64,000 nt of DNA from an uncultured candidate division Zixibacteria bacterium. GTDB lineage: Bacteria; Zixibacteria; MSB-5A5; UBA10806. The notes beneath the pieces were generated by a model, which saw nothing but the letters and a program-made list of their open reading frames with translations, had not been told where the DNA came from and made no database searches. This document shows, piece by piece, positions 51,617-61,504 of the stretch. The position numbers and the translations under genes were made by a program. Position 1 is the first letter of the stretch, and each line of letters begins with the position of its first letter. The stretch spans positions 128,001 through 192,000 of the forward strand of contig CAWFQL010000017.1 of the NCBI GenBank assembly GCA_963817915.1, written 5' to 3'.

Positions 51617-52909
51617 TTGAAAGTCTATTTAGGAATTGATTTAGGTTCGACGACATCCAAAGCCGTTCTTGTCGATACGACCCAGAAAATAATCGGGCGC
51701 GGAATTACGAATACTCGTTCCGATTACACAGCTGCGGCCAAGATAGCGCAAGTAGAGGCCGAGTTTAATTCTCGTTTCACTCTGCTTGGAAGGAAATTAA
51801 AGGAAAATGCTGGTAATGGCTACAATTGGGATAATTTTCTTTCAAGCCTCGAAAATCGATTCCAATATCTCCAGTTCATAACTCGTTTCGATCAGCTGAC
51901 TGCAACTATGAAAGAGCAGGCGGCGAAAATCGATAAACCGCAAATACGGGAAAAGATTCTGGCGATCCTGCCTAAGGCGGCCAGCGATGTTCAGAATAAT
52001 GTCAAAGAGCTATTCTACAATGGCGGCGTTTCTACGACATCGCAATTTTTTAGGGATTTATTCAGCACATCATATATTAAGGCTATCGAAAATACCGAGG
52101 TAGGCTTATTCGACCAATTGGTAGCATTATATGATCGATGTATTACTCCGGTCGAAAATCATCAGGCCGATTGCGCCTTCGATGATCTTATTCAAAAAGC
52201 GCTAGAGCAAATGACAGGCGATTTTCGAAATTACATTGAAAAAGTAAAACCCTATTTAGATGAAATTATGTCAGTCGATCTTGAGCCGTCCGATTATATC
52301 GGCACCGGCTATGGACGACAGTTATTGCCATTCGAAGAAAAGCATATAAAATCGGAAATATTATGTCATGCCATGGGCGCGCATGCGGTTTTCCCAGGCA
52401 CCAGAACTGTCTTAGATATCGGCGGACAGGATACGAAAGCGATCCAGGTCGACCAATATGGCCTGGTCACAAGTTTTCAGATGAATGATCGCTGCGCCGC
52501 CGGCTGCGGACGATATCTGGGATACATCGCGGACGAAATGAGTATCAGTGTCGGCGAGCTCGGCGCGCTGGCCATAAATTCTACTCACGAGGCTAATATT
52601 TGCAGCACCTGCACCGTTTTTGCCGGAGCGGAACTGCGAGAATATCTGAATCTCGGCGAAAAGAAAGAAAATATTCTCGCCGGCTTGCATCGCGCGATAG
52701 TGCAGAGAGCTTTCGCGCTGGTCGCTCGATCTGGCGGAGTTCGAAATGAGTTCACCTTCACGGGTGGAGTGGCGAGGAACCCGGCCATAGTAAAATATGT
52801 CAGCAAGATGGTCGCCGAAAATTACGGCGATATTAAAATAAATTGCCATCCCGATTCAATTTTCATGGGCGCTCTTGGGGCTGCCCTTTTCGCCGCGAGG
52901 AGAGTATGA
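51617..52909 (+). CDS. bcrA: Benzoyl-CoA reductase subunit A (ASKHA ATPase)
   Basis: GIDLGSTTSKAV, GRGITNTRSDY, GTGYGR, SEILCH, LDIGGQDTKAIQVD, MNDRCAAGCGRYL, STCTVFAG. Confidence 0.93.
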   Translation: MKVYLGIDLGSTTSKAVLVDTTQKIIGRGITNTRSDYTAAAKIAQVEAEFNSRFTLLGRKLKENAGNGYNWDNFLSSLENRFQYLQFITRFDQLTATMKEQAAKIDKPQIREKILAILPKAASDVQNNVKELFYNGGVSTTSQFFRDLFSTSYIKAIENTEVGLFDQLVALYDRCITPVENHQADCAFDDLIQKALEQMTGDFRNYIEKVKPYLDEIMSVDLEPSDYIGTGYGRQLLPFEEKHIKSEILCHAMGAHAVFPGTRTVLDIGGQDTKAIQVDQYGLVTSFQMNDRCAAGCGRYLGYIADEMSISVGELGALAINSTHEANICSTCTVFAGAELREYLNLGEKKENILAGLHRAIVQRAFALVARSGGVRNEFTFTGGVARNPAIVKYVSKMVAENYGDIKINCHPDSIFMGALGAALFAARRV

Positions 52910-53736
52910 AAAAAGAAAACCTGACTCTCGGAATCGATGTTGGCAGCAGCTCCATCAAGATGGCGTTGGTGGAATATGGTGACAAGCCCAAAATTATCGA
53001 AATAGTAAATGAGCGCATCAGACGTCGAAACCCATCTCATGTAATTGAATCGAGGCTAGCACAGCTTCTGGGAAATTACGGGCTGGTTTACGAAGACCTG
53101 CTTTATGTGGCCTCGACTGGCGAAGGCGAACTCGTGCCAAGAAAACGTGGACATTTCTATAGCATGACGACCCATGCCATGGGAGCTTTTTATTATCATC
53201 CCGATGCTCGTACTGTCGTGGATTTGGGGGCGTTATTCTCGCGCGTAATTTCTCTCGATGGTTCGGCAAGAGTGCGCAGCTATTCGATGACTGGTCAATG
53301 CGCTTCTGGCTCCGGTCAATTTCTCGAAAATATTACTCGCTATCTCGGAGTCACAATTGACGAGGTCGGTACTCTGTCTTTAAAATCCACTAAGCCGGCT
53401 CGAACCAGCGGTATCTGCGCGGTTCTTGCGGAAACTGATGTCATCAATATGGTTTCCCAGGGAATTCCTACCGCTGATATTATTAAGGGAATTCATCTTT
53501 CAATAGCAGGGAGAATAGTTCAGCTTCTCAGCCGATTCAAGGCCGAATCCCCCGTGGTTCTAACAGGCGGGATGGCGCAGGATATCGGCCTGGTGGCGGC
53601 TCTTAAAGAATTAAGCGAAGAACGAAATCTGAAATTGGAAATACACGCGTCCAGCAATTGTGTGGCGGCCGGCGCAATTGGCGCCGCTCTCTGGGGCGGA
53701 TATAGGCACTTCAAGCTAATGGAGGCCAGGGCATGA
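52906..53736 (+). CDS. bcrD: Benzoyl-CoA reductase subunit D
   Basis: GIDVGS, ERIRRR, ASTGEGE, GHFYSMTTHA, MTGQCASGSGQFLENI.RY, SGICAVLAETDVINMVS. Confidence 0.92.
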   Translation: MKKENLTLGIDVGSSSIKMALVEYGDKPKIIEIVNERIRRRNPSHVIESRLAQLLGNYGLVYEDLLYVASTGEGELVPRKRGHFYSMTTHAMGAFYYHPDARTVVDLGALFSRVISLDGSARVRSYSMTGQCASGSGQFLENITRYLGVTIDEVGTLSLKSTKPARTSGICAVLAETDVINMVSQGIPTADIIKGIHLSIAGRIVQLLSRFKAESPVVLTGGMAQDIGLVAALKELSEERNLKLEIHASSNCVAAGAIGAALWGGYRHFKLMEARA

Positions 53737-55469
53737 ATGATTCGAAAATCTGGAAGTCGGATAAATCGCTTCCGGAATATCCTCGAAATCTCGCAGTCAT
53801 GCTTAACAGTAATGTCGAAAGATTGGGCAATCGGCCGCTTTATCAAGAAGTAAAAAATGGCGAATTCAAGCCATTGACCTGGCCGGAATTTCAAAATGAA
53901 GTAATCAGTATTCAAAAATACCTTATAGGCGTGGGACTTAAAAAGGGCGACCGAGTTGCGATTTTATCGCCAAATCGCAGAGAGATGCTTGAGACCGAAT
54001 TAGCCATAATGTCGATGGGGGCGGTGGCCGTGCCGATCTTCGCCGGATATTCGCCTGATCAGGCTCAGATGCTTGTTGATTTTTGCGACCCTGCATTTGT
54101 TGTCGTGGCTGATAATAATCAATTCAAAAAAATCAAATTTCCTGAAAAATACGGTATCATAATTCACTTCGAAAATATCACCGGTAATCAGGCTAAAAAC
54201 CTGGTTCCATTTTCCGATCTGCTACAATCGCAGAATCAAAATGGGAAGATAGCCGGGGAAGAAATAGATTCCGATACCATCTGCCTGATGATGTACACAT
54301 CAGGCACGATGGGAAAGCCGAAATGTGTCCAATTGACGCATAGAAATATACTCTCCCAGCAGGCCGCCATGAAAATTCTCTGGAAGATAGATCATAATGA
54401 TAGACTGTTATCGTTCCTGCCATGGCATCACAGCTTCGGCGGCATATACGAAAAATATTCGGCGCTCTACAATGGAGCGCTTTTGTCGTTGGAGCACGGA
54501 TTCGGCAAAAATATCGATACGCTTATAGAAAATTGGAAGCGTGTCAAGCCGACAGCATTTTTCAGTGTGCCGCGAATTTATCAGCAAATTGTCACGCAAG
54601 TGATGAAAAATCCAGAACTCGAAAAAGAAATATTCCACGACAAGCTACGCTTCATCTTCACGGCGGCGGCTCCACTTCCCAAGAGCATCTCTGATGTCTT
54701 TGAAAAACGCGGCATTCCGGTTTACGAGGGCTGGGGCCTCACTGAGACATCCCCCTGCTGTACCGTCACCGACCCATCGGTGCCAAGAGAGGCTGGCGTA
54801 GTTGGAAAACCGATTCCCGGCGTTTCGATTGAGATTGCGAATGACGGCGAGATACTTGTCAAAGGTCCCAATGTCATGAAGGGGTATTTCCGTAATCCCG
54901 AAGCCACCAAAGCGGTTTTATTGGATGACGATTGGTTCGCAACAGGCGATGTCGGCGATTTTGCTGAAACCGGGCTGCGGCTTATTTCACGCAAGGATCG
55001 TATTTTCAAATTAAGCAATGCCGAAAAAGTTGTACCGACAGAAATTGAAAACCTTATAATCGAAAACTGCTGTTACTTATCACATGCTTATGTCACGGGT
55101 AGTGGCAAAGACTTTCCGGTGGTTTTGCTCTTTCCCAATAAAGCCATGTTTTCGCAAAAAATGGATGAATCTCGGATAACATTGAATTGCTCTTGCCCAG
55201 CAGATGTCAGGGATTTATCCCATTGCCTCGTAAATTGCCTGAGCAAATTGAATCATAAAATCGACGCTGGATATATGCGTCTGTCATCGGCGATGCTTAT
55301 TGACCACGAGCTTTCTATCGAACGAGAAGAACTCACCCCATCGATGAAGCTCGCTCCGAATGTTATCGCCAGAGCGTTTAAGGCTCATATCGAGAAACTA
55401 TACGGCAATGGCAACGGCGATGGCATTACTTCCGAAGAAGTCTATGTCCTCACTTTGGAGCAGCCATGA
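53733..55469 (+). CDS. AMP-dependent acyl-CoA synthetase (FAA1/long-chain-like)
   Basis: YTSGTMGKPK, LPWHHSFG, YEGWGLTETSP, GPNVMKGY, WFATGDVG, LTPSMK. Confidence 0.88.
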   Translation: MNDSKIWKSDKSLPEYPRNLAVMLNSNVERLGNRPLYQEVKNGEFKPLTWPEFQNEVISIQKYLIGVGLKKGDRVAILSPNRREMLETELAIMSMGAVAVPIFAGYSPDQAQMLVDFCDPAFVVVADNNQFKKIKFPEKYGIIIHFENITGNQAKNLVPFSDLLQSQNQNGKIAGEEIDSDTICLMMYTSGTMGKPKCVQLTHRNILSQQAAMKILWKIDHNDRLLSFLPWHHSFGGIYEKYSALYNGALLSLEHGFGKNIDTLIENWKRVKPTAFFSVPRIYQQIVTQVMKNPELEKEIFHDKLRFIFTAAAPLPKSISDVFEKRGIPVYEGWGLTETSPCCTVTDPSVPREAGVVGKPIPGVSIEIANDGEILVKGPNVMKGYFRNPEATKAVLLDDDWFATGDVGDFAETGLRLISRKDRIFKLSNAEKVVPTEIENLIIENCCYLSHAYVTGSGKDFPVVLLFPNKAMFSQKMDESRITLNCSCPADVRDLSHCLVNCLSKLNHKIDAGYMRLSSAMLIDHELSIEREELTPSMKLAPNVIARAFKAHIEKLYGNGNGDGITSEEVYVLTLEQP

Positions 55470-56668
55470 CCAGACTGAATTCACAGACAGTCCTAAAAAA
55501 TATATTAAAAGATTATTTTAAAGGATTAACATTTCCGTTGGCATGGTGCACCAGCGCCGGCCCGGCAGAAATATTGCGCGCGCTTGGATTTAATGTCTAT
55601 TTTCCGGAAAATCATGGCGCGATGTTAGGTGCGTCACGTGTCGCCGGTAACTATATTCCGCAGGCTCATCAAGCTGGATACGGTGATGAAATCTGCTCGT
55701 ATCTGACATCGGATATCGGCGCTTACCTAATGGATGAGACCCCGTTGACCGCGGCCTATGGATTGAAATCGATTCCGAAACCTGACCTAATTGTATTCAA
55801 TACCAATCAATGCCGCGAGGTTGCTGAATGGTTCGGGTATTTTGGGCGCGAATATAATTGTCCGACGGTGGGCATTTTTCCGCCGCGTCATATCAAGGAT
55901 GTCACCAAGGCTGATATTGATAATGTCTCTTTCCAATTTGAAAATCTCATAAGAACTGGCGAAAAAATTATCGGGAGGCCGCTAGACCGGCACCGACTTG
56001 AAGATGCAGTCACATTAAGCAAGAAGGCCACTGATCTTTGGAGACAGGTCCTGGAGACTGCCAGAAAATCCCCCGCGCCTCTCACCTTCTGGGACGGCAC
56101 AATTCTGATGGCTCCAATTGTCATGATGCGCGGTACTCAGACCTGTGTCGATTTTTACGAGGAGACATTAGCCGAGCTGCAATTACTGGCCCGCGGGCAT
56201 GACGCCGCGGTTCCCGGCGAGCAAGTGCGTATTTACTGGGAAGGCATGCCTATCTGGGGACGGCTTCGCGCGCTCTCGGAATTGTTCGCGGAAAACCAGG
56301 CCGCGGTCGTGGCATCGACTTATTGTAATAGTTGGATTTTCGATCAATTCGATCCCAGCAACCTGATCAGGTCAATGGCGGACGCATATACTCAGATATT
56401 TATCAATCGCAGCGAAGATGCCAAGGTCAAAATACTCCAACAGCTTTTCGATGATTACAAAATCGACGGTATTATTTATCATGATTCCAAGACATGCTTC
56501 AATAATTCCAATTGCAGATTCGACCTGCCAAAGAGATTACAGTCAATGACTAATGTGCCATCGTTGACATTGGATGGCGACCTCAATGATCTTCGATTCT
56601 TCTCTGATGGTCAGGCGCGAACCAAGATTGAAACATTTATCGAGCAATTAAAAATATCAAAGCATTAA
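55466..56668 (+). CDS. 2-hydroxyacyl-CoA dehydratase family subunit (HgdA/BcrB-like)
   Basis: AWCTSAGP.E, FPENH, ICSYL, NQC, WEGMPIW, DGIIYH..KTC, DGDLND.R. Confidence 0.85.
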   Translation: MTRLNSQTVLKNILKDYFKGLTFPLAWCTSAGPAEILRALGFNVYFPENHGAMLGASRVAGNYIPQAHQAGYGDEICSYLTSDIGAYLMDETPLTAAYGLKSIPKPDLIVFNTNQCREVAEWFGYFGREYNCPTVGIFPPRHIKDVTKADIDNVSFQFENLIRTGEKIIGRPLDRHRLEDAVTLSKKATDLWRQVLETARKSPAPLTFWDGTILMAPIVMMRGTQTCVDFYEETLAELQLLARGHDAAVPGEQVRIYWEGMPIWGRLRALSELFAENQAAVVASTYCNSWIFDQFDPSNLIRSMADAYTQIFINRSEDAKVKILQQLFDDYKIDGIIYHDSKTCFNNSNCRFDLPKRLQSMTNVPSLTLDGDLNDLRFFSDGQARTKIETFIEQLKISKH

Positions 56669-56690
56669 TGCTATAACAAAAGAGCAAAAA

Positions 56691-57659
56691 ATGAATGAAA
56701 ACAATCACTCAATGCGCGTGGGAATAATAGGCACCGGTCCGGTGGGATCGATTCTAACTGCCCACCTGAAGGATGCCGGCGCCCATGTAGTGCCCTGTGA
56801 TATGTTCTCGCATAAAATCGATGCGATAAAGAAAAAGGGAATCCGATTAACTAATACAATCGATAAAAAAGTGGCTATCAAGGACGCCTGCTATACTATT
56901 CAAGAATTGAACGCCTACGATCTTGATTTGATTATAATCGCTGTTAAAACGCCAGATCTCAAAAAGGTAGTCAAACAGATCAAGGATATCGATAACGGCA
57001 AATTCTATGTGATGTGCGCACAAAACGGTATCGATAATGAACAGGAGATCGGACGGGAATTCACCGACCACCGCACATTGCGCATGGTTATCAATTTCGC
57101 CGGTAACATGGTTGATGATAATACAGTTCATGTAAGCTTTTTCAACCCGCCTAACTACGTCGCATCGTTGGCCGATGGCGCCAATGAGATGGCGCAAAAA
57201 TTCGCGGATACGCTAAATACTGTCGGTCTGGAGACTGAGATTCCAGTTGATATCCAGGATTATGTATGGGGTAAGGCCATCTTAAACGCCGCACTCAGCG
57301 CCGTCTGCGCGATCACCAAAAGGACCATGAAAGAGGTTATGGACTACCCGCAGACATTCGAGCTGGTGGAAGGCATTATCGATGAATCCGTGCATGTCGC
57401 CGAAAAAGAAAGAATCGAATTGGGCAATAAGTTCAGACGATTCAGTATTCGTTACCTCAAAAATGCCGGTCATCACCGGCCATCAATGCTGGTAGACCTC
57501 GAAAATGGCGACCCTACCGAAATTGACCAACTCAACGGTAAAATAGTTCAATACGGAAGAAAACATTGTCTTCCTACTCCCTTGAATCAATCGGTCACGG
57601 CCCTGGTTCACCTTCTCGAAGAAGGGGCCAAGAAAGATAAAGAGAACGGGAACAAATGA
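56691..57659 (+). CDS. Ketopantoate reductase (PanE/ApbA)-family 2-oxoacid reductase
   Basis: GTGPVG, AVKT, QNGI, W.K.ILN, SML.DL..G.PTEIDQLNG. Confidence 0.85.
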   Translation: MNENNHSMRVGIIGTGPVGSILTAHLKDAGAHVVPCDMFSHKIDAIKKKGIRLTNTIDKKVAIKDACYTIQELNAYDLDLIIIAVKTPDLKKVVKQIKDIDNGKFYVMCAQNGIDNEQEIGREFTDHRTLRMVINFAGNMVDDNTVHVSFFNPPNYVASLADGANEMAQKFADTLNTVGLETEIPVDIQDYVWGKAILNAALSAVCAITKRTMKEVMDYPQTFELVEGIIDESVHVAEKERIELGNKFRRFSIRYLKNAGHHRPSMLVDLENGDPTEIDQLNGKIVQYGRKHCLPTPLNQSVTALVHLLEEGAKKDKENGNK

Positions 57660-58442
57660 TTTCTCATTTTCTCGGCATAGATATCGGATCATCCTACACT
57701 AAATTTGTGGTCATCGACGATAATCTTGGTATAGTCCATTCTAATGTCATTCCTACACTCAGCCGGCATCTCGAGAATTATGAAAAGGCCATTTCGGCCA
57801 TACGATATGAATTTAATATCAAACGAACTTGCAGCACCGGCTACGGCCGCAAGAACGCCAAATCTGATTTGCAAAAAACAGAGCTAATTTGCGCTGCTGC
57901 CGGGGTCTCAGTATTGCATCCAATAAATAAAAGCATTCTCGATATCGGCGGGGAAGATATTAAAATCATTGAATCGGACGCCGCGGGCAATGTCGTCAAT
58001 TTCCACATGAATGATAAATGCTCAGCCGGTACCGGTTCATTTATAGCGGAGATAGCCGAGACAGGCGGAACTTGATTTAGCCGAGATGAGCGAATTATCA
58101 AAAAAAGCACATTCGGATAAAACCATCAATAGCTTTTGCACCGTATTCGCGAAGAGCGAAATATTGGGATGGAAATTCAGCGGCGTACCGATAGAAGATA
58201 TTGCCAGAGGCATTTATTTGTCGGTAATCGATAGAGTGCGCAAAATGCCGTTCAAAAAGAATCTTCCGCTATTTTTATGTGGCGGTGTCATAGCCTATCA
58301 TCCGCATCTCGCTGATTTGCTGAAGGAACGGATACAATTGGAAATTAATGTAGTTGAAAAGCCGCAATACGCTGTAGCGCTGGGAGCCGCGGCCCTGGCT
58401 CGAAAAGAATATGTTAATCAACTTGCGCCGACAACCCATTAG
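57656..58442 (+). CDS. HgdC/BadF-type ATP-dependent dehydratase activator (+1 frameshift near 58062)
   Basis: GIDIGSSYTK, STGYGR, LDIGGEDIK, MNDKCSAGTGSF, then INSFCTVFAKSE, GGV and ALGAA in the shifted frame. Confidence 0.85.
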
Positions 58443-58513
58443 TTTATATTCATGCGTGTCGATAATTTGCTCTATTCGGAAAATACTCATTGTTCGGGAG
58501 GAAAAGGGTTAAG

Positions 58514-59566
58514 ATGAAAATTACAGCATACCAGATGGTCGCCAAAGATGCCCCATTTGAGCTTACCGAAATGCAAATTCCAAATGATCTCGATGGTAAT
58601 GCCGTAGTCGAGGTCGCCGGATGCGGAGTATGCCATACCGATATCAGCTTCTGGCATTACGGAGTGCCAACCCGCCATCCGATGCCATTGGTATTAGGCC
58701 ATGAAATCGCGGGCACAGTGATAGAAGGCCCCGCTAACCTTAAGGGTAAATCTGTCATAGTCCCGGCTGTTCTTCCATGCGGACAATGCGATCTTTGCAA
58801 GCGAGATCGAGGCAATATTTGCCAGAGCCAGAAAATGCCGGGTAATGATTTCCACGGCGGTTTTGCCAGCCATGCAATTGTGCCCCCGCAATATCTTGTG
58901 CCTGTTCCAAAAGCGGCCCTGGCCGAGCATTCTTTGGCGGAATTATCTGTAATCGCCGATGCTGTCTCCACTCCTTATCAGGTGGTTGTCAAAAGCGATC
59001 TTAAGCCTGGAGATCTGGCAATTGTAATTGGTGTCGGCGGGATAGGTATCTATGCTGCCCAATTAGCCAAAATCAAAGGCGGCAAAGTTATCGCATTAGA
59101 TATTGCCCAGGAAAAGCTCGATCAACTTAAAGCTATAGGCATTGAGAACACGATCAATATCAAAGGACTTGATATCAAGGCTATCAAAGATCAAGTAAAA
59201 AAATTATGCAAAGAATTAGGCGCGCCGAACCATAGCTGGAAGATCTATGAAACATCAGGGACGAAAGCGGGCCAGGATCTGGCATTCGCCTTGCTCGGCA
59301 TCGCTAGCACTCTTTCGATTGTCGGGTTCACTCTCGATAAATTGGAATTGCGCTTGAGCAACCTTATGGCATTCGATGCCAATATCATCGGCACCTGGGG
59401 CTGTAAACCGGAGCTGTATCCTGATGTCATAAATCTGGTCGCCGAAAAGAAACTGGCGATAAAACCATTTACAGAGACTCGTCCGATGTCTCAGATCAAC
59501 GATGTATTTCAGGAGACATTGCAGCACAAATTGCTCAAACGTTCGGTATTGACTCCGGATTTTTAG
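58514..59566 (+). CDS. had: 6-hydroxycyclohex-1-ene-1-carbonyl-CoA dehydrogenase
   Basis: Zn-ADH: AGCGVCHTD, GV.T.H..PL.LGHEI.G, PAVLPCG.C.LC, QKMPGND.HGGFASH, RLSNLMAFD, WGC.P.LYP; operon context. Confidence 0.9.
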   Translation: MKITAYQMVAKDAPFELTEMQIPNDLDGNAVVEVAGCGVCHTDISFWHYGVPTRHPMPLVLGHEIAGTVIEGPANLKGKSVIVPAVLPCGQCDLCKRDRGNICQSQKMPGNDFHGGFASHAIVPPQYLVPVPKAALAEHSLAELSVIADAVSTPYQVVVKSDLKPGDLAIVIGVGGIGIYAAQLAKIKGGKVIALDIAQEKLDQLKAIGIENTINIKGLDIKAIKDQVKKLCKELGAPNHSWKIYETSGTKAGQDLAFALLGIASTLSIVGFTLDKLELRLSNLMAFDANIIGTWGCKPELYPDVINLVAEKKLAIKPFTETRPMSQINDVFQETLQHKLLKRSVLTPDF

Positions 59567-59636
59567 GCAGAGTCAGGTATATGAATTATGATAATAATGA
59601 ATACCATGAAATAAATTGGATGCGAGGGATTAGAAA

Positions 59637-60722
59637 ATGAGCAATAATCTTCAAAGTCATAATATTGTCGATCTTGATTTCAAGGAAATCTTATATGAAT
59701 TGCGGCCATGTCTCGACAAAAACGGCAAAGCGGTCGATGGTCTCTTCAATGCCTGGATTTTTCTGAATAATCCCACTCAATATAATTCATACACGACAGC
59801 CGCAGTCAAAGAGATCATTCTCGCCATACGCCAGGCATCCAATGAACGGTCTGTTGTAGCAGTAGTTTTTACGGGTGTTGGCGATAAAGCATTCTGCACG
59901 GGCGGCAATACCAAAGAATACGCCGAATATTATTCAGGTCGTCCGCTTGAATACAAGCAATATATGCGTCTCTTCAACGATATGATCACATCGATTTTGA
60001 TGTGCGACAAGCCAGTCATCTGTCGTGTTAACGGTATGCGAATCGCTGGCGGCCAGGAAATCGGCATGGCCTGCGATCTCACGGTATCCAGCGATATGGC
60101 GATCTTCGGCCAGGCTGGCCCGAAGCATGGTAGCGCTCCCGATGGCGGAAGCACTGATTTTCTGCACCTGTATGTCGGAGTCGAACGAGCCATTCAGAGT
60201 TGCACATTGTGTGAGATGTGGAGCGCTTATGAGGCCAAACAATTGGGATTGATCACCGATGCCATACCTGTCCTAAAGGTCGACGGTAAATATGTTAGAA
60301 ATCCTTTGGTCGTAACCGATCGATGGCTCGATGAATCGGGAGATATTGTCTATGGCCGCAGAAAGAACGGCGAACAACTTAAGGCTGGCAAAGACCTGAT
60401 GGCGAAAGGCACAATCGACCTGAAACCTCTTGATGATGCCGTGAACGTGTTGACGACTAAATTGCTATACACCATGCCCGATTGTATCAGCAAAACCTTG
60501 AATAGCATGAGAAAGAAAAAATTAGAGCATTGGGATAGAAACCAGCAATCAAACCGCGACTGGCTGGCGTTGAATATGATGACAGAAGCCAAGGCCGGCT
60601 TCCGCGCGTTCAATGAAGGCCCCAAGGACAATCGTGAAATCGATTTTGTCAAACTTCGCCTGATGCTTGCGCAGGGACATCCCTGGGATGATGAATTACT
60701 CAATGCAATATTGCCGAGGTAA
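59637..60722 (+). CDS. oah: 6-oxocyclohex-1-ene-1-carbonyl-CoA hydrolase
   Basis: NPTQYNSYTT..VKE, AFCTGGNTKEYAEYY.G.P.EY.QYMRLFNDM, GQAGPKHGSAPDGG, WLALNMMTEA. Confidence 0.93.
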   Translation: MSNNLQSHNIVDLDFKEILYELRPCLDKNGKAVDGLFNAWIFLNNPTQYNSYTTAAVKEIILAIRQASNERSVVAVVFTGVGDKAFCTGGNTKEYAEYYSGRPLEYKQYMRLFNDMITSILMCDKPVICRVNGMRIAGGQEIGMACDLTVSSDMAIFGQAGPKHGSAPDGGSTDFLHLYVGVERAIQSCTLCEMWSAYEAKQLGLITDAIPVLKVDGKYVRNPLVVTDRWLDESGDIVYGRRKNGEQLKAGKDLMAKGTIDLKPLDDAVNVLTTKLLYTMPDCISKTLNSMRKKKLEHWDRNQQSNRDWLALNMMTEAKAGFRAFNEGPKDNREIDFVKLRLMLAQGHPWDDELLNAILPR

Positions 60723-60727
60723 TATAG

Positions 60728-61504
60728 ATGCCTGAAAAAATCCTTAAAGAATATTCGCACGATCGTCAGGTTATACGCTTAACTTTGGTTGCTCCCAAAG
60801 CGAATGTTCTCGATTTCGCCATGATGGGTGAATTGCAGGCCGAATTTGAATTGCTCAAGAAAGAATCAAATATAAAGCTGCTTATCTTCACAGGTGCGGG
60901 AGATAATTTCAGTTTTGGCGCGAGCGTTCAGGAACATACAAAAGAGCAGGCTCCGCAGATGCTCAAGCAATTTCACGGGCTGTTCTACTCCCTAATCGAT
61001 CTGGCAATTCCCACCGCTGCGATCGTTTCGGGCCAATGTCTTGGAGGGGGCCTGGAATTGGCATTGATGTGTAATTTTCTATTTGTCGATAGCACGGCCA
61101 GGTTGGGCCAGCCGGAGATTTCACTTGGCGTTTTCCCGCCGCCCGCTTCGGTAATGCTTCCGTTGAAGATCGGCCAGGCTTTGGCTGACGATCTTCTTAT
61201 TACCGGACGAAGCATAAAGCCGGATGAAGCCATTGCCATGGGACTTTGTACTAAGGCATATGATACGCGTGAAATTATGGAAAAAGAAATCGACTCTTGG
61301 ATACAAAAAAATATTCTGCCCAAGAGCGCGTCGTCGTTGAGGTTCGGCGTCAGGGCCGCCAGAAGTATTTTCAATGATCAATTGAAAAAGCGATTGAAGA
61401 TGCTTGAGGAAATTTATGTATCTCAACTTATGGCTACACATGACGCCAACGAGGGGATTGTATCGTTCCTCGAACGCCGCCCTCCAAAATGGGATAATCG
61501 ATGA
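60728..61504 (+). CDS. dch: Cyclohexa-1,5-dienecarbonyl-CoA hydratase
   Basis: Crotonase: PKANVLD, FSFGASV.EH, GQCLGGGLE, GQPEI.LGVFPP.AS, LMATHDA.EG. Confidence 0.88.
   Translation: MPEKILKEYSHDRQVIRLTLVAPKANVLDFAMMGELQAEFELLKKESNIKLLIFTGAGDNFSFGASVQEHTKEQAPQMLKQFHGLFYSLIDLAIPTAAIVSGQCLGGGLELALMCNFLFVDSTARLGQPEISLGVFPPPASVMLPLKIGQALADDLLITGRSIKPDEAIAMGLCTKAYDTREIMEKEIDSWIQKNILPKSASSLRFGVRAARSIFNDQLKKRLKMLEEIYVSQLMATHDANEGIVSFLERRPPKWDNR

Noticed and set aside
29967..58064. Programmed ribosomal frameshifting or phase variation as the cause of the split genes
   Set aside because: No shared slippery heptamer or long repeat tract, and the affected genes are unrelated.
58073..58086. Selenocysteine or stop read-through at the TGA in the activator gene
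   Set aside because: The downstream half is in a different frame, so this is a frameshift and not read-through.
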